DNA from: Octopus sinensis
Taxonomy: Eukaryota
Assembly: GCF_006345805.1 (NCBI RefSeq)
Contig: NC_043006.1
Span: 95,046,001 to 95,110,000, forward strand
Direction of reading: 5' to 3'
DNA length: 64,000 nt
Numbering within the stretch: position 1 is the first letter of the stretch; the number at the start of each line of letters is the position of its first letter. The notes under the pieces are model-generated. The model searched no databases, was not told the DNA's origin, and saw only the letters and a list, made by a program, of their open reading frames with translations. Shown here one piece after another: positions 38,968-51,984 of the stretch. The position numbers were made by a program, and so were the translations under genes.

Positions 38968-40091
38968 GGAATATCTAAGTGAATACCGAATACAACAAAT
39001 TTCGGAATTAGAGATAGACATACAAGAAACAGGCAGAGAAAAGGCTAAGCGCATGAAAACCCGTGCTAAATCTGCGGCCTTATATATTCTGAATGATAAA
39101 TGGCAAGAAAAACCTCTCTATGGCAAATACCCAAAGAGAGCAAATAATGCAGATGTTGACAAAGCCCTGACCCATCAATGGCTAATGGCCTCTGGCTTAA
39201 AATCTGAAACAGAGGGGTTTATCATAGCAGCTCAAGATCAATGCCTACCAACAAGAAACTACCAGGCCAACATATTAAAGATCAGAAGCAGTCCAACGTG
39301 TCGTGTATGCCAGCAACAAAATGAAACCATTGACCATGTGGTCTCCAAGTGCAGTCTCCTAGCGCCTACAGAGTATCTCAACAGACACGATAGAGCTGCA
39401 AAATATATTCACTGGGTAATCTGCAAAAACCTGGATTTGCCCCATGAAAAAAACTGGTGGGAACACAAACCACCCCCAGTGCTTGAAAATGACCCCATCT
39501 CACTCCTCTGGAACTTCACCATTCAAACTGACAGAAAGATAGATGCAAATAGGCCAGACATCATATTGAAAGACTTCAAACAAAGAACATGCCTCCTCAT
39601 TGACATGCCTCCTCCCAATCGATATAAACGTATTTGTCAAGACCTACCAAAAACTGAGCAAATATAAAGATCTTGAAATAGAAATCAGCAAAATGTGGAA
39701 GCTGAAGACTAAAACAATACCTGTTGTCATAGGTGCCCTGGGAATGATAGCAAAAGGGGCTGATAGCTACCTAACTCAGATACCAGGAAACCCCAAAATG
39801 GCAGAAATTCAAAAGATAGTGCTCATGGGAACTGCTCATATCCTACGCAAAATACTTTCTATGTAATCTCAAGGTTTAAAACAAACATAATTTTCGGTTT
39901 TAAAAAAAAAAAGAAAAAAAAAAATTTTTTTAAGACATTCATTAGTACAACCCAAAAACTCCCCCACCCCACAAAAATATATGGCACACTAGGCATAACA
40001 ACAACATGAACTTCCAACCTGTTGTCTCTTGAGGTCTCTGGGTGAGACTTGGAGCTAACTTGTACAGATATAAAGCAAAAGTCAAACATAG
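38968..40091 (+). mobile_element. Young 5'-truncated Dong/R4-clade LINE (CCHC plus restriction-like endonuclease), one frameshift near 39610, followed by (AAT)n
   Basis: LKSETEGFIIAAQDQ...CRVC...ETIDHVVSKC...RHD...LLWNFTIQTDRKIDANRPDII...KYKDLEIEI..MW...PVVIGALG...GTAHILRKILS*. Confidence 0.92.
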
Positions 40092-40122
40092 AATAATAAC
40101 AATAATAATAATAATAATAATA

Positions 40123-40164
<42 letters not shown>

Positions 40165-40712
40165 GATGCAGTACCAGACAGTGTCTTTCATGGCTTCTGA
40201 TCTTAAGTGATTGGAGGTGTTATCATGTACATTGTTTTGTCTTGGTATAAAATATGGGCTACAGCAAATATTCTGCTCAATATCACAGATTTGCTTGTCA
40301 GTTGTTTGACCTTAACCAGTTGAGCATGTCCCTTAGTTGCTGACGATTTGTGCATCTCTGATCACGAGCAGAAGTAGTGGGGGAGCATCATAGCCATGTG
40401 TTGAGAGGGATTCTTTGGGGTTTGAATAATTCACCTCTGGAAACATGGGTGGTTCTTTCAACATCCTTAAACAATCCTTATTCAGGGACCTTTGAGCGGG
40501 ATGGGCTACTCAACCTAAAGAAAATTTTAACTGGGCCCCACCTGCAAAGTCATGTGCTGTTTATCTTGATATTAGATCACCATGTCGTGCACATATGGTT
40601 GTGATGCATGTGCCTGGTGTACCCCTATCAGACGGGAAGTCATGATGGGTATATTGGGCTTCGTATATTTTACCCCAGTGTCACTTTGATGGCATGAACT
40701 GCTCTCTCACTC

Positions 40713-40713
<1 letters not shown>
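40165..40713 (+). mobile_element. ~550-bp non-coding AAT-associated element, near full length
   Basis: gatgcagtaccagacagtg...gctctctcactc, with (AAT)n on both sides. Confidence 0.88.
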
Positions 40714-40752
<39 letters not shown>

Positions 40753-40791
40753 TAATAATAATATAATAATAATAATATAATAATAATAATA

Positions 40792-40837
<46 letters not shown>

Positions 40838-41202
40838 TAATAATAATTAATTCGAAGGGTTATCATGTACATTGCTTTGTCTTGTTATAAAAATGGGCTA
40901 CAGCAAATATTCTGCTCAATATCACAAATTTGCTTGTCAGTTGTTTGACCTTAACCAGTAGAGCCTGTTCCTTGCTGGATGATGGTATGTGCATCTCTAG
41001 TCACGGGCAAAAGTAGTGCAGAGGCATCATAGCCATGTGTCAAGAGCAATTCTTTGGAGTTTGAATAATATATTTCTGGAAACATGGGTGTTTCGTTGAT
41101 CATAGTTAAACAAACCTTATTCAGAGACCTTCTGAGCAGGATGGGGTGCTTGACCCTAAGAAAATCTAACGGAGCCACACCCGTAAGATCATCTACTGTT
41201 TA

Positions 41203-42733
41203 TCTCTATATATATAAAACTGACAATGTGTGTCTGTCTGTCTGTCTATCTGTGTGTTTCCCTAAAACTTGAGAACTACACAACCAATTTCATTCAAATT
41301 TTACACATGTCTTACTTTTCATGGGCAAAAAAATGTTCAAATTCTTGCCTAGGGCGAGCCCATAGCAATATCATATCTTCTCCACTATTTCAGTATTACG
41401 TGTTAAAAGTGAAACTAAAACATTTCTCTATTTTATGTCAGATACTTTCACTTTAACAATAAAAATAATAATAACAATTGAATTATATGTAGTAATAATT
41501 AAAATCAAACTAAAGTATAATATAATCGTCACATAACAAAAGTAAAAATAGCAATTGGTATAAAATTGCATCAATGACTTAAACTTGAATAAGTGGTTTC
41601 ACATGAATGGGAATAAATTAAAAATAAAATTAGTGTGCAGAAATGGAATAGTCCAGATGGCGCTGTGCACATGCCATTTACCTTGGCTTTTACATTAGAT
41701 TATCTGCTAATTAGCTAGCATTAAGTATCTATATGAAATTTGGCTGTATGTAATGTCTGTTTTCTCGAACAGCCGTTTCAACTGAGTACTGCTGGTGGTT
41801 TATTTCTTATCCATAAAGGACTATAGCTTCAACTGAGTACTGCTTTTTGATACACCGTAAGTTTTGTTGTTATTATTATTACTGTTTAACTATTGACATC
41901 ATGTTTGTTGGTTCCTTGTAAGGGAAACGTTATTGTGGTGCATTTGTTAGATTATTGTAAACTGTAACCCTCCCCCTTTGAGAGAAGGAGCTTTGGTTAT
42001 TGTTTAAAAATTGAATTGTGTGTCTGTTTGGGGAAATTGACAATATTTTCACCGTTTATACGGAAGCATTTTTGTTAGAATGCCTTCGATAGAAGAAAGT
42101 CCAAAACTGAATTTCGCTGCAGGCGTCGGCGGGCGCGAACTCATTGAAATTAAAATGGAAGAAATACGGATTGATCACCGACAAAGACGGTGAATCTAGG
42201 ATAACACCACCAAACGAAATAAAAAATTAAATTAAAGAAATGCCTATTGTCTATAAAGTAGAGAAAAAAAATTGAACACCTGGAGGAAAGCACCATCGAA
42301 GAGTGTCTTGGTGCGACCATGAAAGATATCTAACCAGAGGCGGTAAATTCGCCACAATAGATGCAAGGTTCGAGCCATCAGAGCGTGCAAGGTAGTACTC
42401 GACTCGAACTTTGCAAAGTGGAAATATTTTATTTTCACCTTTATATCTGGGACGTAGGACGTCCCGGACAAAAATTTAAAATGTCGCTCCAGACGTAGAG
42501 GTAGGCTGGATTGTAGCCACACTTCTGTACAAGAGGGAGGACAAGATACAATTGATCGAAATTGCAAGAGATGGGCCAACAATTCCAGTCTGTTATATAT
42601 TTTGTGTATTGTTATCACTAGCGATATCAAGATATAACTTTGCATTTTGTATTTTATGTGTAGATGTATATATGTACACACATATATACACATATATACA
42701 TGCACTAGCCCTATAAACCGGCAACGATGCTAG
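41203..42733 (+). mobile_element. Non-autonomous Helitron (1531 bp) inserted at A|T without TSD
   Basis: 5' TCtctatatatataaaactgacaatgtgtgtctgtctg. 3' ccggcaacgatgCTAG (degenerate hairpin). The empty site is reconstructed from sibling copies. Confidence 0.88.
42080..42600 (+). pseudogene. Decayed L1/Tx1-type ORF1 fragment inside the Helitron
   Basis: RFEPSERAR*YSTRTL / YLGRRTSRTKI*NVAPDVEVGWIVATL aligns by eye with LFDNGEKARLFASQPL / YCGRKLIRAWLCGLPPGTEADWIEDTI of ORF 32843-32109. Confidence 0.55.
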
Positions 42734-42911
42734 TCTTTATATAAGATCACCATGTCGTGCACATATGGTTGCGATGCATGTACCTATTGTATCCTTATTA
42801 AACGGATAGTCATTATGTGTATATTCGGCTTCGTATCATTGTACCCCAGTGTCACTTTGATAGCATGCGCTGCTCTCTCACCTCACGCAATAATAATAAT
42901 AATAATGATGA

Positions 42912-42945
<34 letters not shown>

Positions 42946-43015
42946 GGTGGTGATGATGATTATGATGATGATGATGATGATGATGATGATAATGATGATG
43001 ATAATAATAATAATA

Positions 43016-43069
<54 letters not shown>

Positions 43070-43083
43070 TAATAATAATAATA

Positions 43084-44280
43084 AGGAAGGCAAATCAGGG
43101 CATCAGTTCAGAAGGAGTAAAGAAAAAATTAACCATTTGCTCTACATGGACGATCTTAAGCGTTTTAGTAACAACGAAAAAAGAGATAGATTCCTTATTA
43201 CAGAGTGCAAAAGTATCCAGCAAAGATATTGGCATAGAATCTGGCATAGATAAGTGTGAATATTAGTTATGAGATGGCGACAGGTAGTCAACAGCGAAGG
43301 CATCCAATTACCAGATGGCCCCAAATTAAAATTATTGAAAGGAAGAGCGAATTATAAGTATCTCGGTGTATTAGATTTTAACTACAAAAATGAAAACGAA
43401 AAAGGAGTACATCAGAAGGGTCAAGAAACTAATGAAGTCAAAGTTTACTGGTCTGAAGCTAGTGAAGGCTGTAAATAGTTGGGCAGTTACATTACTTAGA
43501 TATTCAGCATCTTTTGTAGATTGGACACAGACTGAATTAACAACGTGAGACAGAAGAACTAAGAAGGAATTCGATATTTATGGAGGACTCCAGCGAAGTG
43601 CAGGAGTAGCAAGATTATACCTACCTAGAAAGGAAGGTGGGAGAGGGTTAATATCAGTAAAAGATTGCGTGGAGTTAGCTAGAGTAAATATAGACTCCTA
43701 TGTAGGTAATAGTGAAGAAAGTTTATTGAAAGCTACCAGAGTCACAGCAAGGCACAGGGAAACCAAAAACACAAACGAAGTTAAAACCCAGAAAAGAGAA
43801 CAGAAATTATCTAACTGGCCGGAGAAGGAGTTGCATGCTAGATTCCCAAAGATAATTGCAGCAAATAGTTATAGTGAGACATGTTTTTGGCTGCAGAAAG
43901 GAAAGCTGAAGAGGGAGACAGAATGTATCTTAGTAGCTGCACAAGATCAACCATTAAGGACTAAATGGATAAAAGCCAAGATAGACAAAAACCAAGTAGA
44001 TTCCCAATGTAGATTATACAAATCAAATCAAATCAAACATACTGATAAATCGTATGAACATGGTCCTTTTAAAGTACAACAAAGTAAGAAATATAAGTTG
44101 CTGTGGGACTTTAACATTGAGACTGACTGAGTAATAGAAGATACAATGCCTGATTTAGTAGATAAAGAGAATAGAAAATGTCAAATGTTGAAAAAAATCA
44201 ATATGAAATGTATAGAAAACATAGCCAAATGCCAGGACCTAGTCATTGAAATCCAGAGACTATGGGAAGTTACATAGTAA
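43084..44280 (+). mobile_element. Older Dong/R4-clade LINE fragment (RT through endonuclease) preceded by (AAT)n
   Basis: KINHLLYMDDLK (YMDD at 43143-43154); YKYLGVL; GGRGL; KLKRETECILVAAQDQ; CRL; LLWDFNIETD; KCQDL..EIQRLW. Confidence 0.85.
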
Positions 44281-45002
44281 AGACGGGCGTATCATTTCGC
44301 AAAGATATGTCGATTCAACGCCAACAGATCTGGAACTGCTCCGACTTTTCACCCAACAACAAAGAATGCATAAAAAAACAACAACAGTTCGTTAACAAAT
44401 ATAATCCATAATTAAATACGAAACCATCCACCATTAATCAGTAAATAAGGATCTATATTTTACGCGCACCCTTATCACCGTTATGCTTTGAGATTGTGAA
44501 TCGAACTGTTTCAAAAGGGAAATCTATCTGTATGAATAAAAGAACTATTGTACGTATGCGTTCATTTTCTTCTCATTCATAGTTTCAACCTGACGCATGC
44601 GCTAAAGAACACACATCACAAAGTCACAGAAAGATAATTCCTTCCGCCAAAGCAGCTTTTTGGTGACTGCGAAACTTTAGCCAAATTATTTTTTAAAATG
44701 GTTCTGTTAACACAATGGAACCCAATCTACACATACAGGGAGGAAAACAAAAACTCTACCAATAGAACTTTCAACCATCCTTAAATCAATTTTTACTTAT
44801 TTTGACATTTAACATAATATATACGCATATACATACACAGGTGAACATATTCTGAATAGAAAAGAAATCTGCTCTTAAATTCAATAGAATGTTTGACACT
44901 TGATCTCCTGTACGCCATTCCAAACCCTTCTGTAAACAACATACATAAGAAAGCACTTTAAGAATAAAACATCGAACACGTTCTTCACTACCCTTTGATT
45001 TT

Positions 45003-45176
45003 TTCACTCTTTCACTCTTTCACTTGTTTCAGTCAAATCGACCCCGGGACTTATTCTTTGTAAGCCCAGCACTTATTCTATCGGTCTCTTTTGCCGAACC
45101 GCTAGGTGACGGGGACGTAAACACATACCAGCATCGGTTGTCAAGCAATGCTAGGGGGACAAACACAGACACACAA

Positions 45177-45207
<31 letters not shown>

Positions 45208-45372
45208 CATATATACGACAGGCTTCTTTCAGTTTTCGTCTACCAAATCCACTCACAAGGCATTGGTCGGCCCGTGGCTATAGCAGACGACACTTGCCTA
45301 AGGTGCCACGCAGTGGGATTGAACCCGGAACCATGTGGTTGGTAAACAAGCTATTTACCACACAGCCACTTC
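45003..45372 (-). mobile_element. SINE family A, near-complete
   Basis: Colinear with 21318-21781, with intact head agtggctgtgtggtaaatagcttg...gggttcaatcccac. Confidence 0.88.
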
Positions 45373-45457
45373 TGCGCCTAATCCACCTGATTATTTCCTA
45401 TCTTTATATATATTTCCTAATTTCAAAATGTTGACTAAGAATTTCCAATATTTGTCC

Positions 45458-45550
<93 letters not shown>

Positions 45551-45945
45551 ATAGAGAGAGAGAGAGAGAGAGAGAGAGGATATATGCACAACGAGGTAAA
45601 GATGTGGATAGACAGAGAGAGGGGGGAAAGTCAGCTTAAACAAGACAGCTATAACTATTTACATTAATTTATTACGTTTATGATCTTCAAAGATTTACAT
45701 AATATATGTATAATTCTTATTGTTTTCAATTACCAATCTATGCAGTTATAACCACATTCTCCGTCGCTCTTCATAGGATCAGATTAAGCAATCGAAAAAA
45801 AAGAGCTTAGAGTTTAATACCAAACTTTATAATATTTCATATGAACATATATTCATTTCAAATCATGTAAAACATAACTGATATTAAGTACCACAGCACA
45901 AATATAATACACACGGACGCACACATATATGTATATATGTATGTA

Positions 45946-46028
<83 letters not shown>

Positions 46029-46311
46029 ATATATATATATACATATGTATATATATTGCCAGTTGGGCCAATACTGGTCAAAACCTTTCTAAGTTATTCT
46101 AAGTTATATATATATATATATATATTCCTGTTATGTATTAACGCATGCAAGAATACCGAACTAAGGCTGCACGTCATGTGCTTCGTGTATTCTGAAAAAC
46201 TGATCGTGAACATATAAGAAATCAATGAATTAGTAAAAGATGACAATAAAAGTACGCTTTTTATTCTGTTAGCATTTCCGTCACCCCGGCCCACAGGCAG
46301 CACACACATGC

Positions 46312-46378
<67 letters not shown>

Positions 46379-46396
46379 TAGAGAGAGAGAAACAAA

Positions 46397-46428
<32 letters not shown>

Positions 46429-46438
46429 TACATATATA

Positions 46439-46543
<105 letters not shown>

Positions 46544-47112
46544 TTTGTATATGTATATATAAGTGAATATGTTTGTGTATATGTAAATACATTGTGTATT
46601 CATGCATATATATATAAAATCCAGGGATCGAGGTGAGGAAGGAAATTAGCTTCAAGCAATCCGTAGTAAATATAAAAACCATCTTTCTAGGACAATAGTG
46701 CTTTGCTGAAACGGAAAGTAGCGGATGTTTTTCGTTTCGAGGTACGATAAAGTTCTTTTTATATTTCACAGCAGGTGACTAGTGTTGCTAGGTATGCGAA
46801 TAAGTATATAAGAATTCAAGAATGGAGGAAATAAGATCCGGGTTACGTAGGTTTCATAGCAGATGGAACCTCAGTAATGGTAAATATCCAAGCGAGGTGT
46901 ATACCGCCGCGGGCTACACTTCGGGCCAAGGACATCTTCATTAGATGAAAGTTTACATTGTCGCAAGGCGATACGTGTTAACACATGGAAGACTCACAAT
47001 ACATGCATGGCTCATGCATTTTTTTATGCATGCATTTCAATGAAATTTACCTTAATTTGTCGATTTTGAATTGTATAACATTCATAGACAATCCTTTAAA
47101 GCCTGAGAATTT

Positions 47113-47290
47113 GTGGGGAGGGTACTAGTCGATTACATCAAAACCAATTTCACTGGTACTTAATTTATCGACCCCGAAAGGATGAAAGGCAAATTCGACC
47201 TCGGCGGAATTGGAACCCAAAACGTGCAGACAGACGAAATGCAGCTATGTAATTTTCCCGGCGCGCTGACGACTCTGCCAGCTCGCTGCT
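47113..47290 (-). mobile_element. Family C SINE
   Basis: ctggtacttaatttatcgaccccgaaaggatgaaaggcaaattcgacctcggcggaatt. Confidence 0.85.
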
Positions 47291-47364
47291 TTGTAACATT
47301 TATAGATAAAGATAATAAAATGTACTAACCTCTTACAATATTCTTCTTCTTCTTCTTCTTCTTC

Positions 47365-47429
<65 letters not shown>

Positions 47430-47573
47430 TAGGTCACTGCCTGGAATCGAACTTGGAATCTTGGTGTTAGTAGCCCGCGCTCTTAACCACTACGCTATAT
47501 TCCGTTGTTAAGAGCGCGGGCTACTAACTTCAAGATTCCGAGTTCGATTCCAAGCAGTGACCTGAACACTAAC

Positions 47574-47604
<31 letters not shown>

Positions 47605-47631
47605 TAATAATAATAATAATAATAATAATAA

Positions 47632-48180
47632 ATGCCCTGATGCAGTACCAGGCAGTGGCTCTCTGATCTTAACTGATTGGAAGTGTTATCATGTACATTG
47701 TTTTGTCTTGGTATAAAAGATGGGCTACAGCAAATATTCTGCTCAATACCACAGATTTGCTTGTCAGTTGTTTGACCGTAACCAGTTGAGCATGTCCCTT
47801 AGTGGCTGACGATATGTGCATCTCTGATCACGAGCAGAAGTAGTGGGGGAGCATCATAGCCATGTGTTGAGAGGGATTCTTTGGGGTTTGAATAGTTCAC
47901 CTCTGGAAACATGGGTGGTTCTTTCAACATCCTTAAACAACCCTTATTCAGGGACCGTTTGAGCGGGATGGGCTACTCAACCTGAAGAAAATTCTAACTG
48001 GGCCCCACCTGCAAGGTTATGTGCTGTTTATCTTGATATGAGATCACCATGTCGCGCACATATGGTTGTGATGCATGTGCCTGGTGTACCTTTATCAGAC
48101 GGGTAGTCATGATGGGTATATTGGGCTTCGTATATTTTACCCCAGTGTCACTTTGATGGCATGAACTGCTCTCTCACTCA
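47632..48180 (+). mobile_element. ~550-bp AAT-associated element, longest copy
   Basis: atgccctgatgcagtaccaggcagtgg...gctctctcactca, flanked by (AAT)n. Confidence 0.9.
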
Positions 48181-48255
48181 ATAATAATAATAATAATAAC
48201 AACAGCATCGCAAAATACCTCAGGAATGAGAACCTAGATTCAGAATTTCCCCAAT

Positions 48256-48300
48256 ACACCTGATGAAGGCTGGAGGGTATATCAGCCGAAACATTCTGTT
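48256..48300 (+). ncRNA. Hammerhead ribozyme core (minimal type I) of family F4
   Basis: ACAC-CTGATGA-A-GGCTG-gagggtatat-CAGCC-GAAAC. Core and stem II are perfect in this copy. The stem III/I 3' side (GTTGTGTT in the 11533 copy) is mutated. Confidence 0.65.
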
Positions 48301-48396
48301 AACAACAAACCGGATGAGGACAAATATCCGTCAATTTTAAATATTGTAAATAAAGATTATTATTATTATTATTGTCGTTGTTGTTGTTATCGTTCA

Positions 48397-48590
48397 GGCG
48401 GTGAGCTGGTAAAATCGGTAGCACACTGGGCAAAATGCTTTGCGGAATTTCGTCCGTCTCCACGATTTTAGTTCAAATTCCGCCGAGGATGACTTTGCCT
48501 TTTATCTTTAAATAAAGTACCAGTTAAATAATGGATTTGATGTAATCGACTGACCCGTCCCCTGAAATTGTTGGCCTTGCGCCAAATTTG
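48397..48590 (+). mobile_element. Family C SINE
   Basis: ggcggtgagctggtaaaatcggtagcac...gttcaaattccgccgagg...agtaccag. Confidence 0.8.
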
Positions 48591-48619
48591 AGATCATTAT
48601 TATTATCGTTATTATTTAA

Positions 48620-49500
48620 TAGTCTTATTTTTATCCCGTGCTTTCACTGCACTGCCGAGCGTAGCACTGTTTGCCTTGGGTATGTGCTGTGGTTGTTGTG
48701 GCTCTCTTATTTCCCCTGTACTCTTTTAGGTAGGATCCGTGCGGTGCCTAGTAGTGCAATTTTCTGTATGTTATATATATTTGTGGTGTTTTTGTTATGT
48801 ATTTGTCTGATTTTTTTTAATCATACCTAATGCGCCTACTATTATTGGAATTGTTTCTGTTTTTGGGCTCCACATTCGATTTACATCTATTTTCAAATCT
48901 TTGTATTTTGGAAGTTTCTCTGTTTCTTTTAAAGACACGTTGTCATCTGCTGGTATTGATATATCAATTAGAAAGCATTTTTTCCTTCATGATCTCTGAC
49001 AGCTATATCCGGCACATTGGCCTTAATTTCTCTATCTATGTTATTGGCATATCCCAGATTATGGCTACTTTCTCGTTTTCTGTGACATTTTCCGGTGTGA
49101 GCCTATACCATGTTTTTCCTGTTATTATTCCATAGTGTTGTCATAGCTTCAGTGTATATAGGTCCCAACTCTGTCGTGTCTGTGAATATATTCCTTCTTA
49201 GCCAGGACTGGGCAGCCAGAGACAATACAATATATTGTTTCTTGTCCATCTCCGCATATTCTGCAGTCACTTGTATTTCTCTTCATTACATGTTTTTGGT
49301 GATGTCTAGTGGAAGGCTTTCCTCTTGTCCTGCAATAAAAAATCCTTCAGTCTTCGCTTCGAGACCTAACCTTTATTTCTCTTGTTTATTTGACATGGAG
49401 CAGCTTTTCTTGTCATCGTCCTATCATGATACGTCGCTGGTCCAGTTTTACAGCATTTCTAGTTTCTTCTTTTCCTTCATAGTTGTTAGGCATTGAGTTC
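48620..49500 (-). mobile_element. Decayed Dong/R4-clade LINE 3' end with AAT-like tail
   Basis: Minus strand: TEGFFIAGQ; CRICGDGQETI..IVSGCPVLAKKEYIHRHDRV; CFLIDISIPADDNVSLKETEKLPKYKDL; ETIPIIVGALGMI; IALLGTARIL. Confidence 0.85.
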
Positions 49501-49682
49501 TTTGTTGTATTTGTCAGCTCCCTTAAAGACAGAAAACAGTTTTTATTTTGTTAGTGGTTTGTGGCTAATTATATCAGATTTCCTTGCTTCTGAAGCAGAT
49601 ATTTCTCTAGTCCTATTGCGTTATTTTGTAATAGGTTTCCAGCTGTAAAAGGCTTCTACCGCCTTTGATACTTTGTACTTGA

Positions 49683-49932
49683 TATGTTGGTGCATAATTA
49701 TTGCGGCTTTTTTCAACAAATTTTATTCAACAAAAACAATAACAACATGTAACAAAAACATCTTTAAATGAATATTCCGGAGCATATTCACCATCTACTT
49801 CAATTACTGCTTCCCATTTGCTTGGCAGACGGTCAGACCGTCATTTAAAGATGTTTTTGTTACACGTTATTATTGTTTTTGTTCAATAAAATTTGTTGAA
49901 AAAAGCCGCAATAATTATGCAGCAACCCAATA
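49683..49932 (-). mobile_element. mariner-derived MITE (~80-bp inverted arms)
   Basis: Terminal ttgggttgctgcataattattgcggctttt resembles Hsmar1/MADE1-type TIRs. The spacer reads DRLPSKWEAVIEVDGEY (mariner C-terminus) on the minus strand. TA context. Confidence 0.8.
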
Positions 49933-50240
49933 TATATAGCGATCCTATGACAGATTTTGAGTGGTGCATCCTAAATCCTGTCATTATTTCGCTTGTTTTC
50001 CTCTCTATTTTGATTAGTTCATTTAGAGTCTAGTTAATGATATTGTAGCTGTAACATATAACTAGGACGGCTACTGTGTTGATATCTATTATCTTGTTTT
50101 TCGCATTGAGCTGTTTTCAGTATTAATCTAACTCGTCTATAGCATTCTTTTCGTATCTTCTCTTTCATTTATGTGTGTGGTATCGTATCTAGTTCATTGA
50201 TTCCCGAGGATTTGTATGTCTGGCTGTCATCTAACTATTA

Positions 50241-50292
<52 letters not shown>

Positions 50293-51872
50293 GCTGTTGT
50301 TATGTTTGCAATCAAAAAATTAAATTTGAAGCTCGTAAGATATTACCGAATTTAGTTGTTTTTAAATATATAATATTTGTTTTATTGTATCATTATGCTT
50401 TAAGCGAAATAGTCTCATCTCTCCAAAAGAGTGGCAGAAAAATATACTAAAGACACCAGCATACGTTCACAAGGCAAACCAAAGACGGACAATAGTACAC
50501 AAATGTATTTGACTCAAAATGAGGCGACCGATGCAGGCCCAAGATCGAAACGTTCCTAAAAACAATGTGGTGCATACGCACCTGCGTCGCTCGAGGAAGT
50601 CTTTTTGTTACAGATGCACAGACGATCCACATGAATCACTTTCATCGATGCTGAAAAGTTTTGGGGGCTGTTATTTCAAATTTTATGTAACTGATTGTTA
50701 GACCGAAGTGCATCTAGTGAATATTCCAAGATGATTTAAATGGTTTTAAGTGGAGCATTGATTATTATTTGGAAAATGTACATTTTAAGCTAATTTCACA
50801 GGTCATTATGACATTTTCAAACTCATGGAATTTTTTGGAAGTGTTGACGTAAAACTGTCATTGCTGATAAGGTGTGAAATAAAGTTGAATGAAACGAATC
50901 ACAATTCATTCATAGCGGGAATTTTTTACAATATTTGCAGCCAATTAAAAATAAGAGAATCGTTTAAGAATTTAAAAAAACATAGACGGCGAAAGTGGAT
51001 GGTAAACTTTTGAAAATAAATAATTAAAATCCAAAAGGTATATCAAAATATGATTAGTTTCTCAAAGAATTTGCTGTTGGAAAAAGTGAGTGAAACAGAT
51101 TTTATATAAGAAAATAAAAGGGTAAAGTGAGGGAAATAGTTAAAAAGGAAAAGGTGTGTGGAAGAACATATCCAGTCATTGGTACACGAGTTTGCTAAAC
51201 ATTGATGTGTTGAAATGATACCTTAGTATGAATACAACACATACACACATATATAGACACAAATATACACACAAGAAGGTGGGAATTGCAGGCAGGAGCG
51301 AACAGAAAGCATGTATTGGATAGGATTTATAGGATAAGGAGTGAGAAGCTGTTGTAAATTATGTTGCTGGATGGAATGAAAACGGAATGACACGAATATC
51401 TAGCAAAAATTAACGGATGAAATGTAATTTGAAATGTCTACGGGAATATAAACATAACGGAAGAAGGAATAGATTAAACAAATGGATGCGGATGCTGTAA
51501 TTTAAAAACTTAATGTGTATCGAATAAAAGTCATTTCCGTAACCTATATTTTAATGTCTGTAATGTTGGGTAAATACTATGTACATATAAAAGATATTTA
51601 AATATTTTATCTGGATCAAATGCAACAGACAATTGGAATCAAGAGTTCGAATATATGGTGAGAAAGTACGTAACACATTCGAAATTATCATGATGATAAC
51701 AGAAACAATTTATGGTAGAGAGAAACGAGTATGCACGGTCGGCGAAGATGTGTGTCGGAAATCAAGAATTTGAAGAATGCCTGCAGTTTGTTTAATATTT
51801 CAGATTTTCGATTTAAAACGGTCATGTACTTTCAGTAATATACATATCTGTTTAGATTGCCTCTTTCTAATG

Positions 51873-51904
<32 letters not shown>

Positions 51905-51908
51905 TATA

Positions 51909-51984
<76 letters not shown>

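Larger units (their letters stand above)
40853..42886 (+). mobile_element. ~550-bp AAT-associated element interrupted by a Helitron (parts 40853-41202 and 42734-42886)
   Basis: Removing 41203-42733 restores tgttta|tctt.atat.agatcaccatgtcg, as in the uninterrupted copies. Confidence 0.85.
47366..48345 (+). mobile_element. Family F4 copy with an inverted tRNA head-(AAT)n arm at the 5' junction and a ~550-bp insert
   Basis: (ATT)n plus reverse head at 47366-47497, forward head at 47504-47565, (AAT)n, insert at 47632-48180, (AAT)n, hammerhead module at 48205-48345. Confidence 0.7.

Noticed and set aside
50505-50545. CCGATGC-aggccc-aagatc-GAAACGTT
   Set aside because: Two core mismatches, no good stem II and a single copy.
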